NCBI RefSeq assembly: GCF_001194135.2
Contig: NC_068997.1
Location: forward strand, 17,588,860 to 17,652,859
Source of the DNA: Octopus bimaculoides
Taxonomy: Eukaryota
Reading direction: 5' to 3'
Length of the DNA: 64,000 bases
Shown: positions 26,402-39,793 of the stretch, in pieces
Layout of the letters: each line of letters begins with the position of its first letter
Numbering within the stretch: position 1 is the first letter of the stretch
Program-made: the position numbers and the translations under genes
Notes under the pieces: model-generated
What the model saw: only the letters and a program-made list of their open reading frames with translations
The model's database searches: none
Told to the model about the DNA's origin: nothing

Positions 26402-26819
26402 AAACAGAAAGAACTCCAGAAGAAGCATCAACAACGTATGAAACCTATTATGGTATTGGAATTTTAACAGGCTAATAGTGCAATAAAGTGATGTATTGAA
26501 GCGTCTGCTACCTCGTTACCGACATCTTCGCCACCAACCACCACCACAACAACAATAAATATTGCTGGAAAGGAAAAAGTGCAGTCTCCTTAAAGAGAAA
26601 CAAACAACACCGTTTAAATAAATATGAGTACGACGACAAAGAAGATGGCGGCGACGATGACAATGATGACGCTGTCGACGATGACGCCACGCAGACGATG
26701 ACGACGAAAACGATGAGATGACGGAGGACGCACAGGAATATTATATTCATGATGATGATAGTCATCATCGCCACTGCCAACATCATTATTACAATCGTTA
26801 TCATCACGACCACCACCGC

Positions 26820-26875
<56 letters not shown>

Positions 26876-27300
26876 CCACCACCAACACCACTACCATCAT
26901 CATCATAATCACCGTAATAGAAGTCGTCGTCATCATCAGCGGTATCACTACCATCCGGAAGACTAGTTGCAGCATCCCCGTATCCCTCATTCAGATTCCG
27001 CCGAGGTCGACTTTGCCTTTCATCCTTTCGGAGTCGATAACTTAAGTACCAGTTGTGTACTGGGGTCGATTGAATCGACTGGCCTCCTCCCCCAAAAATT
27101 CGGGCCTTGTGCCTAGAGCAGAAAAGAGAAAAAAAAATGTATCTCCGTATCCATCACCATAAGGATTCTTGTCATCGTCATCAGTACATTGTCATCGTAA
27201 TCTTCATCAGCATCATCAACGTCACGATCACCTCCACATCTACCACCACTGTCACTATCAACATTACTCGTCACCGTTTGAGAGATCATTGGAGCAGAAA
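25850..27300. repeat. Cluster of trinucleotide repeats (AAC)n, (TTG)n, (AAT)n, (GAC)n, (CAT)n, (CAC)n
   Basis: Direct reading; this is the source of the poly-H, poly-I and poly-M ORFs. Confidence 0.9.
26995..27126 (+). mobile_element. SINE family B, 5'-truncated, well preserved
   Basis: ATTCCGCCGAGGTCGACTTTGCCTTTCATCCTTTCGGAGTCGATAACTTAAGTACCAG...GGGCCTTGTGCCTAGAGCAGAAAAG. Confidence 0.9.
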
Positions 27301-27660
27301 CTCATGTGTGTGTGTATATGTATATATATATGTACNNNNNNNNNNNNNNNNNNNNNNNNNNNNNNNNNNNNNNNNNNNNNNNNNNNNNNNNNNNNNNNNN
27401 NNNNNNNNNNNNNNNNNNNNNNNNNNNNNNNNNNNNNNNNNNNNNNNNNNNNNNNNNNNNNNNNNNNNNNNNNNNNNNNNNNNNNNNNNNNNNNNNNNNN
27501 NNNNNNNNNNNNNNNNNNNNNNNNNNNNNNNNNNNNNNNNNNNNNNNNNNNNNNNNNNNNNNNNNNNNNNNNNNNNNNNNNNNNNNNNNNNNNNNNNNNN
27601 NNNNNNNNNNNNNNNNNNNNNNNNNNNNNNNNNNNNNNNNNNNNNNNNNNNNNNNNNNNN

Positions 27661-27755
<95 letters not shown>

Positions 27756-27810
27756 TAATAATAATGATAATAATAATAATAATAATGATAATAGTAATAA
27801 GAAGAAGCTT

Positions 27811-27860
27811 AACAAGAGCACTCAGAGAGCGCAAACCTCCGCCAAGACAACACCATCGAC
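27811..27860 (-). mobile_element. Possible 3' terminus of a Helentron/HINE-type element
   Basis: Minus strand reads TCTTGGCGGAGGT (subTIR-like), then hairpin GCGCTC-TCT-GAGTGC, then TCTTGTT next to (TTA)n. No partner 5' subTIR found. Confidence 0.45.
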
Positions 27861-29363
27861 CTCTCAGCGATTAGTTGGAGATATATGTATTATGTATATG
27901 TGTATACAGGGAACAAAGGAGACAGAGAGATCAGGAAGGTGAAACAATGATACAGACATAGAAATGGATAGATAAATATTTCGGTATTCAATTAGATAGG
28001 CTGTTTAGTTAGGCAGGTAATTATATTGATAACTGAAATAGGGACAGTTTAGAATAGACTGAAAGGGGGAAAAATAAAGCGAAACAGAGACTAACTAGCA
28101 AATAGACAGACAGAGAGACAGAGAGAAATAGGAAACGAGAGATTGAGAAGCTAGAAATGAGGTGAGGTGTTAAACGCGTTAGACTCGCAATGCAGGGACA
28201 ACGTGAATGACATGAGAGATGCCAAAGTTTTAAATGGGATAAAAGAGCGTCAAGATTAAGATTTCAGGGGTTCAGAAAGGTGTGGTGAAGGTGGTGATGG
28301 AGGCGGGTGTGTTGGTTGTGAGGAAGCTAACGAAACAAAGTAAAAATTAATAAAACAAAACTGCGAGAGAAAATGTTAGGGAGGTAAAGAGCGAGGCGGT
28401 TTACAATTTAACACGTCGATATGTAGGATCGTTTTACACATCTGACATGTTTGATTGTATTTACAGCATCAAGTGATATCTAAGTGCTGCGTTTCATTAT
28501 TTATTTTCTGATTCATCTATTTATTTTTTGTTAATTTGTTTTTGATTTTTTTTTTTCATGTTTGTTAATGTTATATTTGAATGTGTTCATTTGACGATCG
28601 ATTAATTTACTCATTTACGTATTTACTTGTTTTGCTTCTCATGTACCTGGTTATATGTTATCGTGTAGTGTTTGTTTATAGGTTGTATCTGGCAAGCTGA
28701 AAATAAAGCAAAATCTGAGATAATTCTTGAACATCGTAAAGGAATAAATATAGGTAATAAAAAGGAACAAAAAAAAAAAAGACACAAGATCCATAGCAGA
28801 AAGCAATATTGTTTGCACAAATCGATTAATTACTAGAAATAACAAATAACTACAAATGAAGATGAAATTTAATATCCTTATGCTAAATATTTACATTTCA
28901 ACGGAGGAAAACAAGAAAAAAGATATGTAATAAATAATTAAACAGGAAAATTAAGAAGGAATAAAAGTATAAATAGATAGAAAAAGAAAGAAAAGTGATG
29001 CGTGAGAAGGAAAAATTATCGAAACAAAAGGAAAAAGGGAGCGAAAATAAAAATTTAGAAGGAAGTATATATGAAAAGAACGGAATGAAAATTAAAGATG
29101 GACAGTGAAGAAATGTTTGAAGGAGTTCTTTAAATTAGGAAAAGTTTAGGAAGAAAGAAACTGGTATTGAAAGAGCTTGAAGGAAGAAATGGAGACAAAA
29201 TGCGATTAAAGAGAGGAAAAGGAAGTAATATACGGAAAATGGAGGATAGGAAAATATAAAATATATACAAAAAACAAAGGAAAAGATAAGTATATAATGA
29301 TAAATTAGGACAACTAGGCCTATGTAACGACGTATAAGGACAGACCGGCAGACAGATATATAA

Positions 29364-29411
<48 letters not shown>

Positions 29412-29754
29412 GAACATATATAACGACGGATTAGGACAAAGAGGTATATGAATAAGGAGAATAAGAATAATGAATACAAGGGACACATGATGAAGATAAA
29501 GATTTAAAAGAAAGGGGGATATTTATTCATAATTAAATAGATACAAAGATAAATAGAAGCACATGTTATATACCACTCAAATAGTTTACAATCGGTTTCA
29601 CTCAGATGTTGCGGCCATAATGGGGCTCCTAAGTACAAACTCACACTTGTAACACGCACAGGCATTGATATACATACATATATACATACACACATGCGTT
29701 CATACATACATATATACATACACGCATGCATACATACATACATATCTATATATA

Positions 29755-29844
<90 letters not shown>

Positions 29845-30949
29845 GAGAGAGAACGGGAAGAAAAAAGGAACAGACAGACTATGTACGTAAATAAATGCAA
29901 GAGCACTGAGGAAATGAATTATAAATAGGAATCATGGATTAAAAAATTAGGCACGTTCAACCCGAAGTATGAATAAATGGTAAAAAGAAAGAGAGAAAGA
30001 TTGAAAGAAAGATAGGAAGAAAGAAAAGAGTTGATCAGTATCTATAGAGTAATATAGGAAATGAGTAAATAATAAGTATAAGCGTAACTGTTTTAAAGAA
30101 CGAATAAAATGAAAGAGCAAGAGGAAGTGCAAACATAGTAAGAAAGAAGAAAAACGCAAAAGGAAACCAAAAACCAACAAATAATTAATATAATTTAAAA
30201 CAAATTTTTGAAAATTAGAAGTAAACATGTTAAATCAATGACAAATATATAAACAAATTTTCCAAAATTAAAAATTAGAAAGAAAAACACTAACTTTAAC
30301 TAATAAATAAAAGAGAAATTCAACCGAACATGGAAATCAAAACAAAGAGTAAACAACGATAGACCGATGTAAAACAAAATGGCTGCATCGATCAATTGTC
30401 ATTAAAACTTCCCGCGTAATGGCTCTAATTTAACGTTTGTATTTTTAACTTATGCCTACGTGTGTCTGCTTACTTCCGGCGAGAATATGAGACTGACGAG
30501 TTAATAAGAACTCTCAACATAGCAAGCTAGCTATTTTTGTATTCTGTTTCTTCCCACTTACTCAATGTGTAGGTGTACGTGCATACCTGTCTACGTGCAT
30601 GTGAATGTGTGTATGTGAGCGTCTTTTTAAATGTAAATCTATGAGGTATGAATAAATAAGCTGCATGTGTGTAATNNNNNNNNNNAACTGGAACCCTCGA
30701 CGTCGTAAGCGACGGAGTGCCAACAACAATAATGTTTGAATAAATACTACGATGACTATTTATCAGTACAGACCGCTTATTATCTTTGGATAAAAATCTG
30801 ACGAATCAGATGAAGGTGAACCCTAGCCTAATTTTATAGACCTGTGACCAAAGATTATAGGTCTGTGGGATGGGAGAAGAGGCCGGACTCTGTAACTGCT
30901 CAATTGTAGCACCTCACATAACACTTAACAACCATAAGCTAAACGATAG

Positions 30950-31560
30950 CAGCCACAACAACAATGATAACAGCGCAACGAGCAATACCAACACAGAGGC
31001 GAACGATTATGATAGGCAGGACGGCGAATGAATTCGGCAACGCCAATATTGCCACTAACAACATCATCAACACCAGCAATGATATTAATTACCAGTACAC
31101 GACTATAAGGACGGTGACGAGGACATTGGCGATGATGAGCACAGCAACGATGACGAATATGATAATAGTAATAACACCAATTACAATAATAGTGAGAATC
31201 ACATCGACATTAACACCACCACCACCACCAACCACAGAGCCACGTATAAACATATCCATGCACACACATATACATCCAACACATGCGTACAGAATTTCAG
31301 ACACACACAAACACACACACACACACACACTCAATTATGACTAATGTGAATTTGGAGACGTAATGAGTGTATTATATTCTTAGTTGCGCTTTATGTTGTT
31401 TGCGGTGATGTTGTTGTTGTTTTTGCGGCTATACATCATTATTATCATAATCATCATCATCATCATCATAATCGTCAGCAGTAGCAGCAGGAGCAGCAGC
31501 AGCGGCAGGAACAACATCATTATAATCAATATCATGTTGTGCGACTTACACAATATTCTG
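30950..31560. repeat. Degenerate trinucleotide low-complexity region (AAC/GAT/CAC/CAT/CAG) with (CA)n
   Basis: Direct reading. Confidence 0.8.
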
Positions 31561-31726
31561 TTCATACATTAGGCAATGTAATTAATTATATTATAATATA
31601 CCATCGAAATCATTCAAAAGCTGTTAAACGGTTTCATCATGTCGAACTAGAAATATTCCAGATTTAATAGTTCTCCTTCGTTTGTATTCTCCCTAGTTTC
31701 CTCTTTTTCGGATTCCCTCACTCTTA

Positions 31727-31763
<37 letters not shown>

Positions 31764-31948
31764 TCTCATTCTCTTACACACGCATTCTTTCTCTCTTTCG
31801 GTTTTTCTCTCTATGTTACTTTATCTTTCTTTCTCCAACATATGCTCGGTTTACATAGACCTGATTTTCCTCTATAATCCTCTATGAAACTCCGCTACAA
31901 ACACACACATACACACACACACAACCACACACACACACACACACAACG

Positions 31949-31982
<34 letters not shown>

Positions 31983-32078
31983 GCTCTCTTATCATTTTCA
32001 GCTCGTGAGGTGGCATAATGCCCCGGCACTGCCTGCCCTTAGTTTTTCTTCCCTTTTATGATTTGAAACCACTTCTGT

Positions 32079-32854
32079 TACGAGGTGGTGTCAAAATGTT
32101 CCAGGACTAGTTCTGTAGTGCACCAACAGACGGCAGAACACGGTTGCGCATGCAGTAAGGGGTAGTAGCAGTGGCACTCATATGGCAACGTGCCGAATTA
32201 CATCCCAGTGCTTAATTCACTAGTTGTGAATTTTGAGTTATTGTGATCATCGTACGTGTTGTAGTCTGTGATTTTGTCACGAACAAGAACAATTATGTGT
32301 TGAACTTGGAATGCATGCTACAGTGGCAATAAGCATGCTTTGGCAAGCTTATGGCAACGAGGCAATGGATCGTACGCAATATTTCCAGTGTCATGGGAGC
32401 TTCAAACACGGAAGAACGTCTCTGAAAGACGATGTGCGATCTTACATGTGCATCACCCTCTCAAATGTGCATCGAGATTTCATTCGCCATGGCCAGACTA
32501 TCAATCGAGACTTTATTGTAAGGGTTTGACGCATTTAAGGGAGGATATTCGACGAAAGCGAACAGATAAGTAAAGCGCGAATAACTGAATTCTTTAGAAC
32601 AAACATGTACCCTGTCACCGAGCACTCGTCACTTCCGCAATGGCTCTATTCAGCAGATATAACACTTGCAAATTTCCACCTCTCCTCCAAGGTGGAAATG
32701 CAGCCCAAATGTTGCCCTTTTAACACTGTTGTCAAGATCTAGAGTGAATCGTTGTTGCTCCCCGACTCGGATTATGACTTCCAGGCCGGATTCCAAAAGT
32801 GGAATATGTTATCTTTTATTAAACATAAGTCCTAGATCGTTTTGATATATGTTA
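32079..32854 (+). mobile_element. Mariner (DD34D-type) transposon, internally deleted, both TIRs visible
   Basis: Left end TA-CGAGGTGGTGTCAAAATGTTCCAGGACT; right end AGTCCTAGATCGTTTTGA (32828-32845) matches its reverse complement at 15/18. Peptide remnants include ISMLWQAYGNEAMDRTQYFQCHGSFKHGRTSLKDD, VHRDFIRHGQTIN and HLREDIRRKR. Confidence 0.88.
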
Positions 32855-33175
32855 CATGTGTGTGTGTTTGTGTACGCGCGCGCGTGCGTGTGTGTTTGTG
32901 TCAGTGTTTGTCCCCACTACTTAAATACCAATCTTCAGAAATTATGCTTCTCAAAACCAGAACGGAGAAAGCTAATTCAAAGACTACAGATCCAACCCAT
33001 CACAGGAACTGTAAAATTATGTAAAATCTCCCAGAAATCTATCATTTAACAACATATGACCATGTCTATATATGCAAATATATACATTGGAATACATTCA
33101 TAAAGCAAAACATATAAATTTTCACATATAGTTACATAATGCATAAATACATACATGCATACATACAGACAGACA

Positions 33176-33285
33176 GAAATATCCTGTTGCTGATATTGAA
33201 ATTTCAAGGAAGAAGCCTTGGTTCTAGGCTAGAAACCGGTTCTTTCTCTATTGGCAAGAAATCTAGAAATAGAACTAAATAAGAG
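33176..33285 (+). repeat. ~110-bp cassette inside (CATA)n/(CAGA)n with a degenerate hammerhead-like core
   Basis: g-GAAGA-AGCCT-tggttct-AGGCT-a-GAAAC-CG-GTT-C at 33208-33242. Confidence 0.45.
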
Positions 33286-33719
33286 CATACATACATACAT
33301 ACATACATACATACATGAGTATATACGCGTATATAGCAATGGGTATACATGTGTAAGTGTGGATGTGTTTGCAACTATATATTGATAAATATGCCATAAA
33401 AACTTAGATTATCAGGATCGGGATGTTTTTAGGAAAATTATTAATTATACCACGACCCTGTAAATACGAAAACATAAATAAGAATATTATCTTAAGATTT
33501 TTGCCAGGAACCAGCAGGGTTATGTTAGTGAAAATTTTACCAAGGTTCCATACTGATAAACATACATGTGTATAGAATGAATCTTTTTGAACTGCATAAA
33601 TAACAAATATTATGTTGATTTAAACATTGAAAACAGCTGACAAAATACTTGCAATTCCAGTAATTACTGTAGAGAAGTAATAAAAACAAATACATAAATA
33701 GGTAGTTAGATACCTCATC

Positions 33720-33766
<47 letters not shown>

Positions 33767-34771
33767 NNNNNNNNNNNNNNNNNNNNNNNNNNNNNNNNNN
33801 NNNNNNNNNNNNNNNNNNNNNNNNNNNNNNNNNNNNNNNNNNNNNNNNNNNNNNNNNNNNNNNNNNNNNNNNNNNNNNNNNNNNNNNNNNNNNNNNNNNN
33901 NNNNNNNNNNNNNNNNNNNNNNNNNNNNNNNNNNNNNNNNNNNNNNNNNNNNNNNNNNNNNNNNNNNNNNNNNNNNNNNNNNNNNNNNNNNNNNNNNNNN
34001 NNNNNNNNNNNNNNNNNNNNNNNNNNNNNNNNNNNNNNNNNNNNNNNNNNNNNNNNNNNNNNNNNNNNNNNNNNNNNNNNNNNNNNNNNNNNNNNNNNNN
34101 NNNNNNNNNNNNNNNNNNNNNNNNNNNNNNNNNNNNNNNNNNNNNNNNNNNNNNNNNNNNNNNNNNNNNNNNNNNNNNNNNNNNNNNNNNNNNNNNNNNN
34201 NNNNNNNNNNNNNNNNNNNNNNNNNNNNNNNNNNNNNNNNNNNNNNNNNNNNNNNNNNNNNNNNNNNNNNNNNNNNNNNNNNNNNNNNNNNNNNNNNNNN
34301 NNNNNNNNNNNNNNNNNNNNNNNNNNNNNNNNNNNNNNNNNNNNNNNNNNNNNNNNNNNNNNNNNNNNNNNNNNNNNNNNNNNNNNNNNNNNNNNNNNNN
34401 NNNNNNNNNNNNNNNNNNNNNNNNNNNNNNNNNNNNNNNNNNNNNNNNNNNNNNNNNNNNNNNNNNNNNNNNNNNNNNNNNNNNNNNNNNNNNNNNNNNN
34501 NNNNNNNNNNNNNNNNNNNNNNNNNNNNNNNNNNNNNNNNNNNNNNNNNNNNNNNNNNNNNNNNNNNNNNNNNNNNNNNNNNNNNNNNNNNNNNNNNNNN
34601 NNNNNNNNATATATATATATATATACATATGTATATTTACATACCTCGTTGTCTAGCTGAAAATTATTTAAGGAATTAGTGACGTTCGTGAGCAAGTTGG
34701 ATTATTACTGGGATGTGGATATTATCATCATCATCAATTTCATTATTATTTTCGTTGTTATAATTATTATT

Positions 34772-34975
34772 AAGGCAGAATCGTGAGCACGCCGGGCAAA
34801 AGTCTTAACGGCATTTCGTCCGTTTTTACGTTTTGACTTAAAATTCCAGAGGTCGTCTTCGGATATTATCCTTTCGCAGTCAACGAAATACAGTACCAGT
34901 CAAATACTGGGTCGATGTAATCGAATACTTCATTCTCCAGTTTGAGACCTTGTACCTATAGTACTTATAGAAATT
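34772..34975 (+). mobile_element. SINE family B monomer, diverged
   Basis: GGCAGAATCGTGAGCACGCCGGGCAAAAG...AGTACCAGTCAAATACTGGGTCGATGTAATCG. Confidence 0.8.
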
Positions 34976-35194
34976 ATTATTATTGCTAAAGAGCTTACAT
35001 GTAGATCCTTTAGAACACCGAACAAAATGCTGGGTAATATTTTTTCCATTAGTTTATAATGTAAGTTGATCACTATTGCTTTAATATAATAATGTAAAAA
35101 CCTACTTTGGGGGCTGGAATCGAAGTTACGTAATTCATTTTAAATTGTTTGGCATTGTGCTCTCATTTAGTTTATCCTATTATGTGGATTACAG

Positions 35195-35359
35195 CATAAG
35201 ATCGGTTCATCTGAAAAAGGAGACTTGGTGATTAAAGATTGTAAATCAAAGAACATCCGAAAGAAAGAAATACCGTGCACTCACTGCGAAGTATATCTCT
35301 GTCTGCCAAGGAAAGATCCACAACTTATGACGAAGAATCACCTATATGTTGGGCTCTAA
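35195..35359 (+). pseudogene. Possible piggyBac-like C-terminal cysteine-rich domain remnant
   Basis: Frame HKIGSSEKGDLVIKDCKSKNIRKKEIPCTHCEVYLCLPRK...* resembles piggyBac C..K.IRKE....C..C.V.LC. No TIR or catalytic domain seen. Confidence 0.45.
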
Positions 35360-35675
35360 CCTAACTCGGCAACCGAAGTAAAAATAATTTATAGCTTTTC
35401 CTTAGGAAAGCAAAGCTATGAAATATATAACATACACAAAGATTATCCCCCAAAATGCAATGCACCAGAGAGAGATACAACAACAGTTTAAACAGCATAC
35501 GAAAATTAAAATAGTTCAAAGCTTAGATTGACCTCCAGAAGTATTATATTCCAAAGTTACAGAAACGAGGACGTCTCAGCAGCCCAGAACAGCATAAAAA
35601 GAAATCGAATCACGTCTTTCGTGGTATTCTTAGAGGCAGCAATTTTCAGGAAGCCGTCGTGTATGTATGTATGTT

Positions 35676-35706
<31 letters not shown>

Positions 35707-35719
35707 TTCGTATAATTGA

Positions 35720-35902
35720 GCGACACCACAAACTACCCTGTAAAGGAACTCGACGGCAGGTTCATTCATAGTCGAGTGGACTGGATTACGGCAACGTGAA
35801 ATGAAATATTTCTCTCTAGAATGCAACGAACTCCTAGTTCTGGGTTTCAAAACTATGATCTTGTGATGGAGACTGCGACGCTCAACAACAGAACCATGCA
35901 CC
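35720..35902 (-). mobile_element. SINE family C, diverged
   Basis: Colinear with 10520-10640 (GAGTGGACTGG...GCAACGTGAAATGAAATATT); tRNA-like head on the minus strand. Confidence 0.65.
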
Positions 35903-35994
35903 TATACATACCCACACATGTGTGTGCGTGTATTTGTGTGTATGTGAGTGATTGCGAGTGAGTTTGAGCATATATATATATATATGCATACACA

Positions 35995-36140
35995 TTCTTT
36001 TATTCTTTTATTTTTTGTAAGCTTAGTAATTATTCTTTCGGCGTCCTTTGTCGAACCGCTAGATTACGGGGACGTAGACACGCCAACATTGCTTGTCAAG
36101 CGATGAGGGGGGGGGGTGGACAAACACGGACACACAAACA
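35995..36140 (-). mobile_element. SINE family A 3' module, partial
   Basis: GAACCGCTAGATTACGGGGACGTAGACACGCCAACATTGCTTGTCAAGCGATG. Confidence 0.85.
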
Positions 36141-36147
36141 TATATAT

Positions 36148-36182
<35 letters not shown>

Positions 36183-36599
36183 CATATATGTACATGTATA
36201 TGTATATATATATTTGTACATACATAGGATCGTTTGTATAAATACATAAACCCGGAGAAGTACACTAGAAAATGTAGAGAAGTGGACTACCCCACTAAAA
36301 TATTTGTACATATGTATGTGCGTTCGTGTGTGTGTGTGTGTGTGTGCGTGTGTGTGTGTGTGCGTGTGTGTGTGTGTATGTGTGTGTATGTGTGTGTGTG
36401 TGCGTGCGTGCGTATTTATATATTATATAAACATGGTGCCCTCTCCAGTCGAAGTCGGCGTATAGGCGTTTAGGTTTTCCCGGAGAACTTGCACAAATGA
36501 TTTGTTTTTAGCGATCAAATGTTCGTGCTGCACATTAGGTCACTCTCTCCATCAAATCAACGTTGTCTGACAAGTGTACGCTGTGCCGCGCGTCACTTG

Positions 36600-36715
36600 T
36601 GGAAGTGATTGCAAACGAACGTGTTTTGCTCAGAAATACACAACACCAACCGATCTAAAAATTGAACTCACGATCTAATGATCGTAAATGCAATACGCTA
36701 ACCACTGGGTTATAT
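36600..36715 (-). mobile_element. SINE family C-like tRNA head
   Basis: Minus strand reads CCCAGTGGTTAGCGTATTGCATTTACGATCATTAGATCGTGAGTTCAATT...GTGTTGTGTATTTCTGAGCAAAACAC. Confidence 0.7.
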
Positions 36716-37271
36716 GTGTGTATAGATGCATATGTCAGATGAATTTGTGATTGGTTTTCTAGTTTCCTCTTCCGATTGACAACCAGTATTGGTCTGTTTA
36801 ATATTAAATGCGGTGAATTGCAAGACAAAAAAACCCTTCGAGATTTTGCCCCACAATGGCCAGCGGCCGATGATCGAATTATGTAGAGGGATACATAAAT
36901 ACACTAACATAAATCCACGCAAACACACACACGCATTAATTTATTGTATGTTTAGAACTTTTAGATTAAAATATGCACAAGTAAATTTTATTTTAGTTAT
37001 TTACACAATTATTATTTTGATCTGGTAATTAGACATTCTTTGAGGTTTATTTATTATCTTCTTTTTTCATTAATTTAAAAAAAAAATTCTCGTAGTATAT
37101 ATAATTTACGAGTATAGGTTAATGCATGAATATCATTTACGAAGCTCTGAATATGCCCATATATACGAATTGATGTAATATATGTATGCAAAATGTATCT
37201 ATGTATACATGTATGTATGTATGCATGTATGTATACATATATATATATATATATATATATANNNNNNNNNN

Positions 37272-37313
<42 letters not shown>

Positions 37314-37340
37314 CGTACATACACACAGATATGTATATAT

Positions 37341-37371
<31 letters not shown>

Positions 37372-37463
37372 CTTATATGTCTATACTTCATGTCTATATA
37401 TGTCTACATACATGTTTATGTTTGTAAGTATGCATGCGTGTATGTTATATGCATAAATTTGTA

Positions 37464-37509
<46 letters not shown>

Positions 37510-37765
37510 CGTGTGAATTCCCTCATACAAATTCAGATACGCATTTAGACATTTACCATATATATTTTAGCAATCACTTAAAAAGTAAATATCTCTAATG
37601 GTTTGGTAGGTAACCCCAAAATGTGATTATAAAAGATCCATAAAAAGAAATAATTGAGGATATATGACTATTTAACTCTACATAATGTGCTTCGTCTCAG
37701 TCTCCTTCTCTCTCACTCACTCCATCTATAAATATTTATCTCTATTGAATACTGCTCTAAACCAG

Positions 37766-37842
<77 letters not shown>

Positions 37843-38161
37843 AAAAATTTTATGTCACTATATGTATTTCTGACTCTCTACACTTCATTATTACTTTAAG
37901 TTTACATTGCAACACAGCTCTTCCAATTTTACATTATATTTCCCTCACATTATTGCTTTTATTTGTCAATCTCTCTCGACGAGTTATCGCACGCTGTCTT
38001 CTAAATGTCTACTTTTAATCTCAGGTTTTACTCACACAATCGTTCTTCTCTTTCTCTCTCCCCTTATGTATATACATACATACATACATACATATACACA
38101 TATATGTGTATTAATATATATGCGTGTATGTGGGTGTATGAGTGTGAATACATACATATAA

Positions 38162-38202
<41 letters not shown>

Positions 38203-39745
38203 TATATGTATATAATTNNNNNNNNNNNNNNNNNNNNNNNNNNNNNNNNNNNNNNNNNNNNNNNNNNNNNNNNNNNNNNNNNNNNNNNNNNNNNNNNNNN
38301 NNNNNNNNNNNNNNNNNNNNNNNNNNNNNNNNNNNNNNNNNNNNNNNNNNNNNNNNNNNNNNNNNNNNNNNNNNNNNNNNNNNNNNNNNNNNNNNNNNNN
38401 NNNNNNNNNNNNNNNNNNNNNNNNNNNNNNNNNNNNNNNNNNNNNNNNNNNNNNNNNNNNNNNNNNNNNNNNNNNNNNNNNNNNNNNNNNNNNNNNNNNN
38501 NNNNNNNNNNNNNNNNNNNNNNNNNNNNNNNNNNNNNNNNNNNNNNNNNNNNNNNNNNNNNNNNNNNNNNNNNNNNNNNNNNNNNNNNNNNNNNNNNNNN
38601 ATTTAAATATACATACATATATAATCATACATGCATATATGTGTGTATGTATGTCCGTTTGTGTGTGTGTCTGTGTGTGCCTGTCTACCTACTTTTTCCT
38701 CTCATTTCCTACCTCCATCCTTTTTTTTTTATAGTTCGATCTTTCCCATGTTTAATTTATCTCGATTTTTTTTTTCTTTTTGATTTTGAGGGTGTTTCTT
38801 TTACAATGTATTTTTCTACCGCTTCTTATTACTAATATTTTTTTTCTTCCAAACTTAATCGTTATATTTCTATTTAAGTCTCATGTACCTTTTCTAAAAT
38901 ATGATCAGAGACACCTGAAAAAGATTTCAAAGGAGAAAAAAAAACGCATTAAATGATTATCCTGAGAAAAAAATATTCATAAGTATAATGTAATATATGT
39001 GTGTTTGTGTATATATGTGTGGTTGTGTGTTTGTATGCATCTGTGTGTGAGAGATAGAGAAGGATAGAAAGAGAGAGAGAGACTTACACAGAGATAGAGA
39101 TAGACAGAGTGCAAGAGTCTGTATCCGTATATGTCTGTTTTGTGTGTTCGTATGAAGCAACGTAAGTATATAGAGCTACGTTCCTATTGATACGCGTATG
39201 TGTAAATGTACGTATTAGTATATTTCTGAAATAAAAATCGATGTTTGTTAGGTTACGGATGTAAGAAAAGACGAAATTAATGGAAAAGTATTCGACAGGA
39301 ATTAGTCGTCACTTAGTCAAATTCGGAAACGAAATACTTGGAAGTGATTTTCTCTTTTTATCTCTATGTATATTTATTCATTTATTTAACATTTGTTATG
39401 TTATATACATATGCACGTTGTATATATGTGTGTGTATACGCATATATATTTATATATACATACACATACGTGTCCTTTCTTATGAACGCAGTTACGGTTG
39501 TAGGTTTGTACGTGTGAGGGTATGAGTACCTATAGTGGAAAGCTTGTAGCTACATCTTAACTTGGTTAATATAAAGATAAAATAAATCTTCTAATCTATA
39601 TGTCGTTAAAAGTGTGTAGTCTTCTTACATTTATATGCTATGTCCGTGTTTTTCTGTGCCACAAACACAAAGTCACACGCTTACATATTTGAATTTTGGG
39701 GACAGAAGCTGTGTGGAATCCCGTCGTATCTATATACATACGCGT

Positions 39746-39793
<48 letters not shown>

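Noticed and set aside
33695-33722. Minus-strand CTGATGA followed by GGTA/TACC hairpin
   Set aside because: No GAAA box follows the hairpin.
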